A stretch of 64,000 bases of DNA from Limnothrix sp. BL-A-16. GTDB lineage: Bacteria > Cyanobacteriota > Cyanobacteriia > CACIAM-69d. The notes beneath the pieces were generated by a model. The model was not told where the DNA came from and did no database searches. It worked only from the letters and a program-made list of their open reading frames with translations. Position numbers and translations under genes: made by a program. Location: assembly GCA_041937175.2 (NCBI GenBank), contig CP166615.1, positions 288,001 through 352,000 on the forward strand, given 5' to 3'. Every line of letters begins with the position of its first letter. Position 1 is the stretch's first letter. Below are positions 1 through 8,750 of this stretch, in pieces.

Positions 1-1822
1 GAATGGCATAGTCCAGGCGTGCTGTGAATCGATCGCCCTGTTGCCATCGGAGACCCAACCCGAGACCAACGAGGGTTTGGGGATCGGGATCGGGCCGATC
101 GCCCCGGTTCCAGCCGGTTCCCACATCCAGAAAGGGCACAATTTGCATCACCCCTTTAATTTTGGGCGCGCGAAACAGGGGCAGGCGCAATTCAGCCGAT
201 CCAAACAGCCCGCCATCGGTCAGCAGCAAGTCTTGGCGATAGCCCCGAACGCTTTCCAATCCCCCTAGGCCAAACTGCTCCACGGGCAGGAGCGGGCGAT
301 CGGCCCATTGGGCCTCACCCCGCACCAACAGCAGCGTATCGGGTGCAAATTGGCGCACCCATTGGGCTTGGCCACGCCAGGCCAAGAATTGACTATCGGG
401 CGACTCGCGATTGATGGTGGAGTCAAGGGCATCCAGTCCCAAACTCAGTTGCGATCGCAAGGCCAAAACGTAGCTTTCGCTGCGACTGGTCCACTCGTGA
501 AACCACCGCAGGGCAGTGACGCTGGTTTGTCCCTGGTCATCGGCTCCCGGGGAAAGGGGAAAGTCAATGCCGAGCAGGCTGGTTTGGCTGTCCAGGTGCG
601 AGAGGGTCAAGCCCGTGACCACTTCATAGTTGGGCTGCTGCACCAGGGGGCGGCGATAGGTCAGTTCGTATTGGTAGGAGTCGGCTTGGATGTCGAGGGG
701 GCCGAAGGGATCTTCAACAATGCTGCTGCCGGCCCATTGGAAGCGGGCCCCGATCGTGCTGTTGCGACTGTCGATCGGGATGGTGTAACTGGCTTCGATC
801 GAGTCGCTGCCGTCGGTGTTGGTGTAGCTGAGGCTAATGCCATCGCCTAGCCCCAGTAAGTTGGCTTGGGTGATGGTGGCACGTCGCCGGACTGTGCCCA
901 CGCTGGGCGATCGCCCATTATCCACCGATAGATCGCCATGGAGGCTGTCGGCTTCCGTGAGGGTGACCCGCAGCAGGTTCGTGCCCGGCTCGGTTCCCGC
1001 CGAAAGCTCTGCGGAAACGGTTTCAATGAGCGGATCGACCTGCAACAGTTGCAGAGCGGTCAGCAGGCGATCGACCTGGAGCGGCGGTTGGGTGGCCCGC
1101 TCAATGCGCCGTTGCACGTAGCTGGGGCGCAGTCGCCGTAACCCCTGCACCTCGATCGCCTCTAGCCGACCTTCCAGCACCCGAATTTCTACAATGCCCT
1201 GGATCGGATCAATTTCCTGGGGCGGCAAAAAGGCTCCAGAGGTCTTGTAACCTTTGCTGACATATTGCTGCGTCACCGCCGATCGCGCTTCCAGCAACTC
1301 CGCAAAGGTGAGGGGGCGATTGGTGTAGGGCTGAAGCAGGGTCGCAAATTCACTATCTGTGAAAATCGTGCTGCCCGTGACCCGAAAGGCCTTCACGACA
1401 ATTTGACCGGGAATCGGCGGCAGGTCAGAAGGCGAGGCGGGCTGCTCGATCGGGGGCGGCTGCAAAGTGGGCGGGGGCTGGCCTGGCTCCGGAATGGTGA
1501 TCGGATCCGGCAGGCGATCGGGACGGGGCAAAGGGGGAGTTTGGGCGATGGCCGTCACGGCCCCACCGCCCAAACAGCCCAAGCTCGCCAGCGATCCCAG
1601 CAACCACCGCCGATGGAGATCCGCGCAATGCCTGAAAGGAGGCTTCAAGTCACGGTTCTTCTGGTTCAATTTTGACTTCAATAGGAGGGCGCTAAAGACT
1701 AAAGATCTGAAGACTTGGGATCTCAAAGCTAGAGATCTCAAGGCTGAAGATCTAAGCACTGGCAATCTAAGCGCTGGAAATTGCAAAGCTAGATATCGCA
1801 AAGCTAGATATCGCAAGGCCAT
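1..1822 (-). CDS. ShlB/FhaC/HecB family (TpsB/Omp85-like) outer-membrane secretion/activation protein; 3' end runs off the window
   Basis: Absent from the ORF track; translated by hand on the minus strand. POTRA-like segment VKAFRVTGSTIFTDSEF...LTFAELLEARSAVTQQYVSKGYKTSGAFLPPQ, then DNGRSPSVG, the barrel motif EQFGLGGLESVRGY and GLGLGLRW. The frame is open up to ATG at 1822; the true start may lie further downstream. Confidence 0.88.
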   Translation of the reverse strand, partial: MALRYLALRYLALQFPALRLPVLRSSALRSLALRSQVFRSLVFSALLLKSKLNQKNRDLKPPFRHCADLHRRWLLGSLASLGCLGGGAVTAIAQTPPLPRPDRLPDPITIPEPGQPPPTLQPPPIEQPASPSDLPPIPGQIVVKAFRVTGSTIFTDSEFATLLQPYTNRPLTFAELLEARSAVTQQYVSKGYKTSGAFLPPQEIDPIQGIVEIRVLEGRLEAIEVQGLRRLRPSYVQRRIERATQPPLQVDRLLTALQLLQVDPLIETVSAELSAGTEPGTNLLRVTLTEADSLHGDLSVDNGRSPSVGTVRRRATITQANLLGLGDGISLSYTNTDGSDSIEASYTIPIDSRNSTIGARFQWAGSSIVEDPFGPLDIQADSYQYELTYRRPLVQQPNYEVVTGLTLSHLDSQTSLLGIDFPLSPGADDQGQTSVTALRWFHEWTSRSESYVLALRSQLSLGLDALDSTINRESPDSQFLAWRGQAQWVRQFAPDTLLLVRGEAQWADRPLLPVEQFGLGGLESVRGYRQDLLLTDGGLFGSAELRLPLFRAPKIKGVMQIVPFLDVGTGWNRGDRPDPDPQTLVGLGLGLRWQQGDRFTARLDYAI

Positions 1823-1988
1823 AGGTTAAGAGACTGATCGACCAAACGATCGCACCAACCGTAACAGATCAGTCAATCGGGGTCGAGTCATCTGCAATCC
1901 TTGGCCACAACCCGTTTGTGTTCAAAAGTGGGTAGCGGGGTTGCTCCAAAACCGTCCAGCGCAATCATGCTTGGCAGAAGGTGTCGAT

Positions 1989-2576
1989 CTAGCGCTTGCA
2001 TTGCTCAAAACGGGCGATCGCCAGGGCTGTCAGGTCGGCCAATCCCGGGCCTTGGTGGGTGCTGGCCGCATTGGGTAGGCTGCCGGGCGGAGGCAGGGGC
2101 GCGGGAGCCTCCTGGGCCGCCCACTCCTGGGCTAGGCTCATGGGGGCGGCCATGGTGGCCAGACGAGATTGGGTGCGCAATCCCAACTGACCATCGCTAT
2201 AGTCACTCCAGAGGCGATCGACCTCCAGCAACAAATCACAGTCCGTCTGCATCAGGCTGTCCACCTGAGCGTTAGGAGCCAAAATTTGCCAAGTCAAGGC
2301 ATTGGCCGTTTGCCATTGGCCGCTGGCCAACTGCTCCGCAAGGCGGCTGAGGGTCTCGTTGCGAGGCCGCATGACCACCAAGGCTGCAGCCCCGGCCCAA
2401 AGCAGAATTGCAAGGACCGATAAACGCTTGAAATTCACGGCCGATGTCATGACTGTTCCCGGTTGCCCCTCCATTGCGCCAGGACAATTGGCTGCCTCAG
2501 CGGTTGTTAGTGTAGTGGCCGCTGGACTTGGGTAAGTTGACACGAGTGAACGATGCTGGGGGCTGTTTAACAACAT
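1989..2576 (-). CDS. Membrane-anchored GUN4-like domain protein
   Basis: Hydrophobic segment followed by LAEQLASGQWQTANALT...DCDLLLEVDRLWSDYSDGQLGLRTQ, which resembles the GUN4 core; start uncertain. Confidence 0.65.
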   Translation of the reverse strand: MLLNSPQHRSLVSTYPSPAATTLTTAEAANCPGAMEGQPGTVMTSAVNFKRLSVLAILLWAGAAALVVMRPRNETLSRLAEQLASGQWQTANALTWQILAPNAQVDSLMQTDCDLLLEVDRLWSDYSDGQLGLRTQSRLATMAAPMSLAQEWAAQEAPAPLPPPGSLPNAASTHQGPGLADLTALAIARFEQCKR

Positions 2577-2739
2577 AAGAAGCTCGTCTGCGAGAGAGCC
2601 TTGAGCGATCGCTGCTGCTGAGGCTAAGCAACCAATCCCTTCTGTTTATTCATTCTGAGGAAAAATCAGACTATCCGAATAATCTGGCATTCATTTTTGA
2701 ACCATTTGAATACAGACTTTTCACATTGGAGAAAATTGC

Positions 2740-3831
2740 TTGATGTCCTTATCATTACCGATTCCTGACTGGTTTGAGGGCGATCGCGTTGGCGAAGTTT
2801 GGCGTGTACCCTATGCCCAACTGGCCACCAAGGCTCAACAATGGGCGAAGGCAAACCAAATTACACCGGCACAGGAGGATTCGCAACGGATTGCCCTGTT
2901 AATGATTGATGTGCAAAATACGTTCTGCATCCCTGACTTTGAGTTATTTGTGGGCGGGCGATCGGGACAAGGTGCAGTCGAAGATAATGTTCGCCTATGT
3001 CAATTTATTTACCGAAATTTGAGCCTACTCACGGAACTCATTCCCACCTTGGATACCCATGGAGTTGCCCAAATTTTCCATCCGATCTTTTGGGTAGATG
3101 CTGAAGGGAACCATCCTGAACCCCTGACCAACATTGATTGGGAAGCAGTCAAAACCGGTCGTTGGCGACCCAACCCCCAATTACAAGCCAATTTCCTGCC
3201 TTCTGCTGACTCCATCAGCCAAAGTGCATTCCCCGATCGCTCGGCACAAACCGAGGGAATGCGTTGCGACTTGGCCGCCTATGCCGCTCATTACACCCAA
3301 ACCCTGGAAGCTTTAGGAAAATATCCGCTGACCATTTGGCCCTACCATTCTTTGCTGGGCGGAATTGGCCATGCGCTGGTTTCGGCCGTTGAAGCTGCCT
3401 GTTTTACCCATGCCATTGCTCGACAAGTCCCAACCCGATTTGAGCTGAAGGGTAGCCATCCCTTAACGGAAAATTATTCCATTCTCAGTCCTGAAATTCT
3501 GAGTGATGAACATCAACAATCGATCGCCCAAAAGAATCAGGCCCTGATTCAGCATCTTTTCAATTTTGATGCGGTGATTATTGCTGGGCAAGCTAAGAGC
3601 CATTGCGTTGCTTGGACAGTGGCTGATTTTTTAAAGGAAATTCAAACCCAAAAACCGGAGTTTGTCGATCGAGTCTATCTACTCGAAGATTGCATGTCGC
3701 CCGTGGTGGTTCCCGGGGTAGTTGATTTCACGGAATTGACCGAGCAAACTTTCCAAAACTTTGCTTTAGCGGGAATGCATTTGGTACGGTCTACGGACTC
3801 GATCGAGCAATGGCCCCTTTTCAATCACTAG
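2740..3831 (+). CDS. Isochorismatase-family cysteine hydrolase, probable nicotinamidase (PncA-like)
   Basis: IDVQNTFC, LDTH, WPYH, K and AKSHCV catalytic motifs. Confidence 0.8.
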   Translation: MMSLSLPIPDWFEGDRVGEVWRVPYAQLATKAQQWAKANQITPAQEDSQRIALLMIDVQNTFCIPDFELFVGGRSGQGAVEDNVRLCQFIYRNLSLLTELIPTLDTHGVAQIFHPIFWVDAEGNHPEPLTNIDWEAVKTGRWRPNPQLQANFLPSADSISQSAFPDRSAQTEGMRCDLAAYAAHYTQTLEALGKYPLTIWPYHSLLGGIGHALVSAVEAACFTHAIARQVPTRFELKGSHPLTENYSILSPEILSDEHQQSIAQKNQALIQHLFNFDAVIIAGQAKSHCVAWTVADFLKEIQTQKPEFVDRVYLLEDCMSPVVVPGVVDFTELTEQTFQNFALAGMHLVRSTDSIEQWPLFNH

Positions 3832-3983
3832 TCACTCCAGACGAGTCATCCAAGGCGAATCCCCTCAGGCCAATTATCCAATTCTGGAACCAGTGCTGAA
3901 GTCGTTTCAACAGTCATTTCAGCAAAATGGTAAACTCAACATGGCTTCCCGAAAAATAGCTCATTCAACTTCCGCTTCTGCCC

Positions 3984-4502
3984 ATGACTGTTCCCACCTC
4001 TGCCCTGCCGGAATCCTTGGCTAAGTTAGTTCAGCGATTTTCCCGAGTTACCAATCCTAAGCAAGGTTACGAGCAACTTATCTGGTTTTCAAAACGGCTT
4101 CCTGAGCTAGATGAAGCGGATCGTAGCCCTGAGAATAAGGTTCATGGCTGCACTTCTCAGGTGTATGTGGCTTCAGCACTGACCGATGGCAAAGTTTGGT
4201 ATCGGGGGGATTCTGATTCACAACTGGTGAAAGGCTTGGTGGCATTTTTAGTTGAAGGATTGAATGGCTTAACACCGGATGTGATCATTGCTTTGAAGCC
4301 GGATTTCATTCAGCAAACAAAGCTCAATGCTAGCCTGACTCCTTCGCGGGCTAATGGGTTTTTCAATATTTTCAAAAAGATGCAAGATCAGGCGCGATCG
4401 CTTCAGTCAGAGTCCCATGCGGATTTGAGTGCTTTGGGTTCATTGTCCTCCCCACCGAACCTTGAACCTAATCATGAAGCTCCTGAAAAAGTGACTGATT
4501 GA
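3984..4502 (+). CDS. sufE: SufE Fe-S cluster sulfur-transfer protein
   Basis: ENKVHGCTSQVYV, GDSDSQLVKGL and LTPSRANG motifs. Confidence 0.93.
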   Translation: MTVPTSALPESLAKLVQRFSRVTNPKQGYEQLIWFSKRLPELDEADRSPENKVHGCTSQVYVASALTDGKVWYRGDSDSQLVKGLVAFLVEGLNGLTPDVIIALKPDFIQQTKLNASLTPSRANGFFNIFKKMQDQARSLQSESHADLSALGSLSSPPNLEPNHEAPEKVTD

Positions 4503-4590
4503 GCTGTTAATGAATACTCAATGATCCAAACGTGGTGATGCAAACACGGCAACGCAAACGCAATGAACCAAGTGCGATGAACCAAGTGCG

Positions 4591-5919
4591 ATGACTCAAA
4601 CGGTTGCCTATATTTATCATGACCCCATTTTGGAATCGGTCACAGAGCCGATCGATTGGGAAGTTGATGTGCAAAATCTATATGTGGACTTGGGCGATCG
4701 GCAAGCGTTGGGGCAGCTCATGCAGTTGGTGAAGCAGGGAGTAATTCACACGCTTCTCATTCGACAAATTCGCGACCTAGGCGACTCGATCGAGTCCATT
4801 CTCCACGTTTTGAATCAGTTAGAACATGCTAAGGTGGCGCTGCGGGTGATGCAGGGTGACCTCCCCAAGGGAACCGATTCTAACTGGATTCAACAGTTGC
4901 AATGGCTTCAGGAACTGAATCAAGACCAGCACCGACAGGCCATTCAAAAAGGCCATGCTCGTAATCGGTTAGCAGCCTTGCCGCCGCCGGGGCGCGCTCC
5001 CTTTGGCTATCGACGGGGTAAGGATCGGTATGTCATCGATCGCGCGGCGGCCAGTATCGTGAAAGATTTTTTTGAGAACTTTTTGCTCTACGGTTCCTTG
5101 CGGGGAGCGGTGCGATTTATTAACCAAAAACATCAAAAGAAAATTTCAATTTCGACGGGTCGTAATTGGCTAACCAATCCTGCCTATCGAGGTGATCTAG
5201 CCTATAAAAATGGTGATGTAATTTTGAATACGCATCCCCCGCTGGTGTCTCGCGAAGAAGCGGCCCAGGTCGATCGACTCTTGCGACGTAATCAGACCTT
5301 GGCTCCTAAAACGGCCAGCGCTGCGCGTTCCTTGGCGGGGTTGGTGAGTTGTGCCCAATGCCAAGCAAAATTAGCCGTAACTTCCACTCGATCGCGGGGA
5401 TCCAAAACCCCTAACTATCTTTACTTGCGCCCCAATCCCTGCGGAAAAGGCCAATCAGCTCCCGATCGATGCCCTCTCGCGGACTATGACCAGGTTTTGA
5501 AGAAAACAATTCAGCGCATTTGTCGAGAATTGCCACAACGAGTGAGTCAGGCGCAGTTACCCAATATTGAGCAATTAAAGGCCCAAATTCAACAACAACT
5601 TCAAGCCCAGGAAGCGCGCCTAACCCAGCTCATTCAGCTTAAGGAAAATGGAATTTTGGATGAAAATACATTGCAGATTCGTTCCTATCAAATTCGAGTC
5701 GAAATGGGAACTTTGCAAGATCGACTCTCGCAATTGCCCCCTGCCAGCTTATCGATGATTTCCCGATCGGTTTCAATTCCAGAATTTTGGCAAGATCTAT
5801 CCGAAGCCGAACGGCGTTTTTACTTTCGCGAATTCCTGAAAGGCATCTGGCTAACTTATTCAGCAAAGGGAAAGGGGCAACCAACTTGGCGTGTGCAATC
5901 TTTGGACTTTGTTTTTTAA
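4591..5919 (+). CDS. Recombinase family protein (large serine recombinase-like: recombinase domain, Zn ribbon, coiled coil)
   Basis: PPPGRAPFGYR, WLTNPAYRG, THPPLVS, SLAGLVSCAQC; the N-terminal YxRxS catalytic motif is absent. Confidence 0.8.
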   Translation: MTQTVAYIYHDPILESVTEPIDWEVDVQNLYVDLGDRQALGQLMQLVKQGVIHTLLIRQIRDLGDSIESILHVLNQLEHAKVALRVMQGDLPKGTDSNWIQQLQWLQELNQDQHRQAIQKGHARNRLAALPPPGRAPFGYRRGKDRYVIDRAAASIVKDFFENFLLYGSLRGAVRFINQKHQKKISISTGRNWLTNPAYRGDLAYKNGDVILNTHPPLVSREEAAQVDRLLRRNQTLAPKTASAARSLAGLVSCAQCQAKLAVTSTRSRGSKTPNYLYLRPNPCGKGQSAPDRCPLADYDQVLKKTIQRICRELPQRVSQAQLPNIEQLKAQIQQQLQAQEARLTQLIQLKENGILDENTLQIRSYQIRVEMGTLQDRLSQLPPASLSMISRSVSIPEFWQDLSEAERRFYFREFLKGIWLTYSAKGKGQPTWRVQSLDFVF

Positions 5920-6088
5920 AATCTTTTAAAAGTATTTTAAAAATACTTAAAATCCGAATTGACAATTAAGAAAATTTCTAAAGATCAAATATTGATATTT
6001 TTCTGGTTTCATTGATGAGTGAAAGCCAAGAAATTTAGTCTTTTGTTTCCATGACTGACTTTGAATGAACTCTGTCGATCTGAAATAA

Positions 6089-6170
6089 ATTTTGAATAAT
6101 CTTAGGGTTTTCGGTGACTACTAATTGATAGATTTTGAATAATCTTAGGGTTTTCGGTGGCTACTAATTG
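6089..6170. repeat. Tandem direct repeat, 2 x 39 bp with 43-bp period
   Basis: ATTTTGAATAATCTTAGGGTTTTCGGTG(A/G)CTACTAATTG at 6089 and 6132. Confidence 0.9.
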
Positions 6171-6397
6171 GGTGTTTACGCTGCTATTTAAACTGACCTC
6201 AAAATCAAATCTTAAACAAATTTTGCGTATTTTTACTTTCTCGTAAAATAAATTGCCTGTCTCCACAACTCATAAACCGCTGTCTATAATGTCGCTTGTG
6301 GGGCGGCTTGATCGCAGGTTAAAAGCTGATTGTTTAGGCTTTTGATTAGGCCTAAACTTCGATATTCAATGACAGTACTAGCGCTTTAGGTAGATCT

Positions 6398-7279
6398 ATG
6401 TTTACGTTTTTTCTAATGCTATTGATTGGTGGTGGCGCAGCCTTTGCCGCCTTGAAAAGTGATGATTTACCCGCACCATTACCTATTCGATGGGCCGTAC
6501 GGGGCGGCGGCGGCTTTGTGGCAGTTTTTGTGGCGCTCTATGTCATTAGTCGTTTCGTTGCGAATGTACCGACGGGAAGTGTTGGTGTGCGCGATTCCTT
6601 GGGCAATGTGGAAGAGAGTCCATTGTTGCCCGGGTTGCATTTCAACACTCCTTTTTCGCGAGTGGTGATGTTTTCAACACGCTTAAAAAATATTCAAGAA
6701 GGTATTGAAGCAACATCCCAAGAGGGTTTGATTTTTGATTTGAATGTTAGCTTGCAATATCGGATTGATCCGCGAAAAGTATCCCAAGTTTATCGAACTA
6801 TTGGCACAAGTGAGTCAGAAATTGTTGTGTCTCGATTTCGGGCAATTGTTCGCTCAATTACGGCATTACATCCAGCCGAGTCTATTTATTCAACCAAGCG
6901 GACAATGATTGCTGAAGAAATGCGCCGACAGTTGGCACAACAACTGGAGCCTTTGGGATTTGTGGTGGAAGCGGCTCTGTTGCGAGAAGTGAAACTGCCG
7001 GAAACTGTCCAAGCAGCAATTCAACAAAAATTGAAAATCGAACAAGAAAGCAAGCAAATGGAATTTGTGCTGTCAAAAACCCGTCAAGAGGCTCAACGAA
7101 AACAAATTGAGGCCCAGGCGATCGCCAACTATAATCGAACGGTCGCTCAGGGCTTGACCAATCAAGTCATTCAATTGAAGCAAATTGAAGCCATGCAAAG
7201 TCTAGCGGAATCCAAAAATACAAAGGTAATCATCACCAATGGCAATTCACCGATTTTGGTTTCTCCAGGTGGTAATTAG
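6398..7279 (+). CDS. SPFH/prohibitin (band 7) family membrane protein
   Basis: N-terminal TM helices, PGLHF, SLQYRID, LLREVKLP, coiled coil EAQRKQIEAQAIA. Confidence 0.9.
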   Translation: MFTFFLMLLIGGGAAFAALKSDDLPAPLPIRWAVRGGGGFVAVFVALYVISRFVANVPTGSVGVRDSLGNVEESPLLPGLHFNTPFSRVVMFSTRLKNIQEGIEATSQEGLIFDLNVSLQYRIDPRKVSQVYRTIGTSESEIVVSRFRAIVRSITALHPAESIYSTKRTMIAEEMRRQLAQQLEPLGFVVEAALLREVKLPETVQAAIQQKLKIEQESKQMEFVLSKTRQEAQRKQIEAQAIANYNRTVAQGLTNQVIQLKQIEAMQSLAESKNTKVIITNGNSPILVSPGGN

Positions 7280-7438
7280 TGCAAGGCCAAGAGATCTGTA
7301 ATTGATTGCTGTCGAGTTAGATCGGTTCGATCGAGCAATCTATTGAATTGAGTCATGACTTGCGCTAAATCAATTTGCTGAGAGGCTGTGACCCGAAATT
7401 ACCTATAATCTTGAGACTCTATTGATTAAGCATCTGAA

Positions 7439-8620
7439 TTGGCGACACAAATGTCGGAACCCACCATGGCAGCGGATGAGCGCCACCTCGATCGCCCATT
7501 GAATTCAGCTTCAGAAGGTGCGAATTTTACGCCTAAGCTGATTGTGATTGTGGGGCCAACAGCTTCGGGCAAGTCTGCCTTAGCGATCGAGCTAGCACGG
7601 TCTCTGAATTCCGTCATTTTGGGAGCAGATTCTCGTCAGATTTATCGCAATTTTGATATTGGAACTGCCAAGCCGTCATTGAGCGATCGCGCGGTGGTTG
7701 CCCACGAGTTAATTGACATTTGTGATCCGGTTGAGGTCTTCACAGTTGCTGAGTTTCAGTCCCAAGCAAATCAACTGATTAATCATTATCATCAACGTCA
7801 AATAATTCCTCTTTTGGTTGGAGGAACCGGACTTTATATTAAGTCTGTGGTTCGAGGGCTGCGTATTCCCCAAGTGCCGCCCCAGCCAACCTTGCGATCG
7901 CAATTGGAGCAACTGACTCGCCTCGATCGCCGCCAACTTTTGTTGGCTGTTGATCCTGTGTCTGCCCAGCAAATTCATGAGCGTGATGATGTGCGAACCA
8001 TCCGGGCACTGGAGGTTTTTTATGCCACAGGTCAGCCTATTTCTAGCCTGCAAGGGGAAGCTCCCCCCGCTTATCCAATTTTGCAGATTGGCCTAGACTG
8101 CCTCGGTGCTAAGAGTTTGAATGGACTGATTTCTAGCTTGCGATCAACTACCAATTCAAACGATTCAAAGATGTCGATCGAGCAACTCGATCGTTCCCAA
8201 ATCCATTCTCAAAATTCTTCGCGCAAGCGACCTAAAAATCATAAAAAAGAAAAGTCAGCCCCAGATGAAAATGATCGGCTATGGCAGCGAATTCAACAAC
8301 GCACTCACTCGATGTTTGAGCAAGGGTTTGTAGATGAAGTTCATCAGTTAGTGAAACTTTATGGTCAAGATTTGCCCCTATTTCAAACCCTGGGCTATCG
8401 CGAAGTCTTGCAAGCAATGAATGGCGGAATAACTTGGATAGAAGCAGAACAGTTAACCGCTGTTCATACTCGCCAATTTGCAAAACGGCAGCGCACTTGG
8501 TTTCGAGCAGACCCTAATATTTATTGGTTGGATGCAGATCACCCAAGGCTCTTGGAAATGGCTATGGAGTTGGTGCAAAACTTCTTGAGTGACAGTAAAA
8601 AAATCGATCAAAATTCTTGA
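7439..8620 (+). CDS. miaA: tRNA dimethylallyltransferase
   Basis: GPTASGKS, DSRQIY, DIGTAKP, VGGTGLY, RALEV, TRQFAKRQRTWF; start probably a downstream ATG. Confidence 0.96.
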   Translation: MATQMSEPTMAADERHLDRPLNSASEGANFTPKLIVIVGPTASGKSALAIELARSLNSVILGADSRQIYRNFDIGTAKPSLSDRAVVAHELIDICDPVEVFTVAEFQSQANQLINHYHQRQIIPLLVGGTGLYIKSVVRGLRIPQVPPQPTLRSQLEQLTRLDRRQLLLAVDPVSAQQIHERDDVRTIRALEVFYATGQPISSLQGEAPPAYPILQIGLDCLGAKSLNGLISSLRSTTNSNDSKMSIEQLDRSQIHSQNSSRKRPKNHKKEKSAPDENDRLWQRIQQRTHSMFEQGFVDEVHQLVKLYGQDLPLFQTLGYREVLQAMNGGITWIEAEQLTAVHTRQFAKRQRTWFRADPNIYWLDADHPRLLEMAMELVQNFLSDSKKIDQNS

Positions 8621-8750
8621 TTGAGTTGATGCAAAAACGTAAATCAAAAAAATGACAAACGCTAATCAAATTAACCAAAAGTCAACTAAAGACTAATCAA
8701 AATTCAATTAGAAATCATAATCAATAACTAGTCAAATTTCTGAATCTTCC

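Noticed and set aside
24..1829. Plus-strand ORFs in the track
   Set aside because: They are antisense shadows of the minus-strand TpsB gene.
4591..8620. Prophage or integrative element anchored by the recombinase
   Set aside because: The neighbours are housekeeping genes; no att pair, tRNA or phage genes seen.
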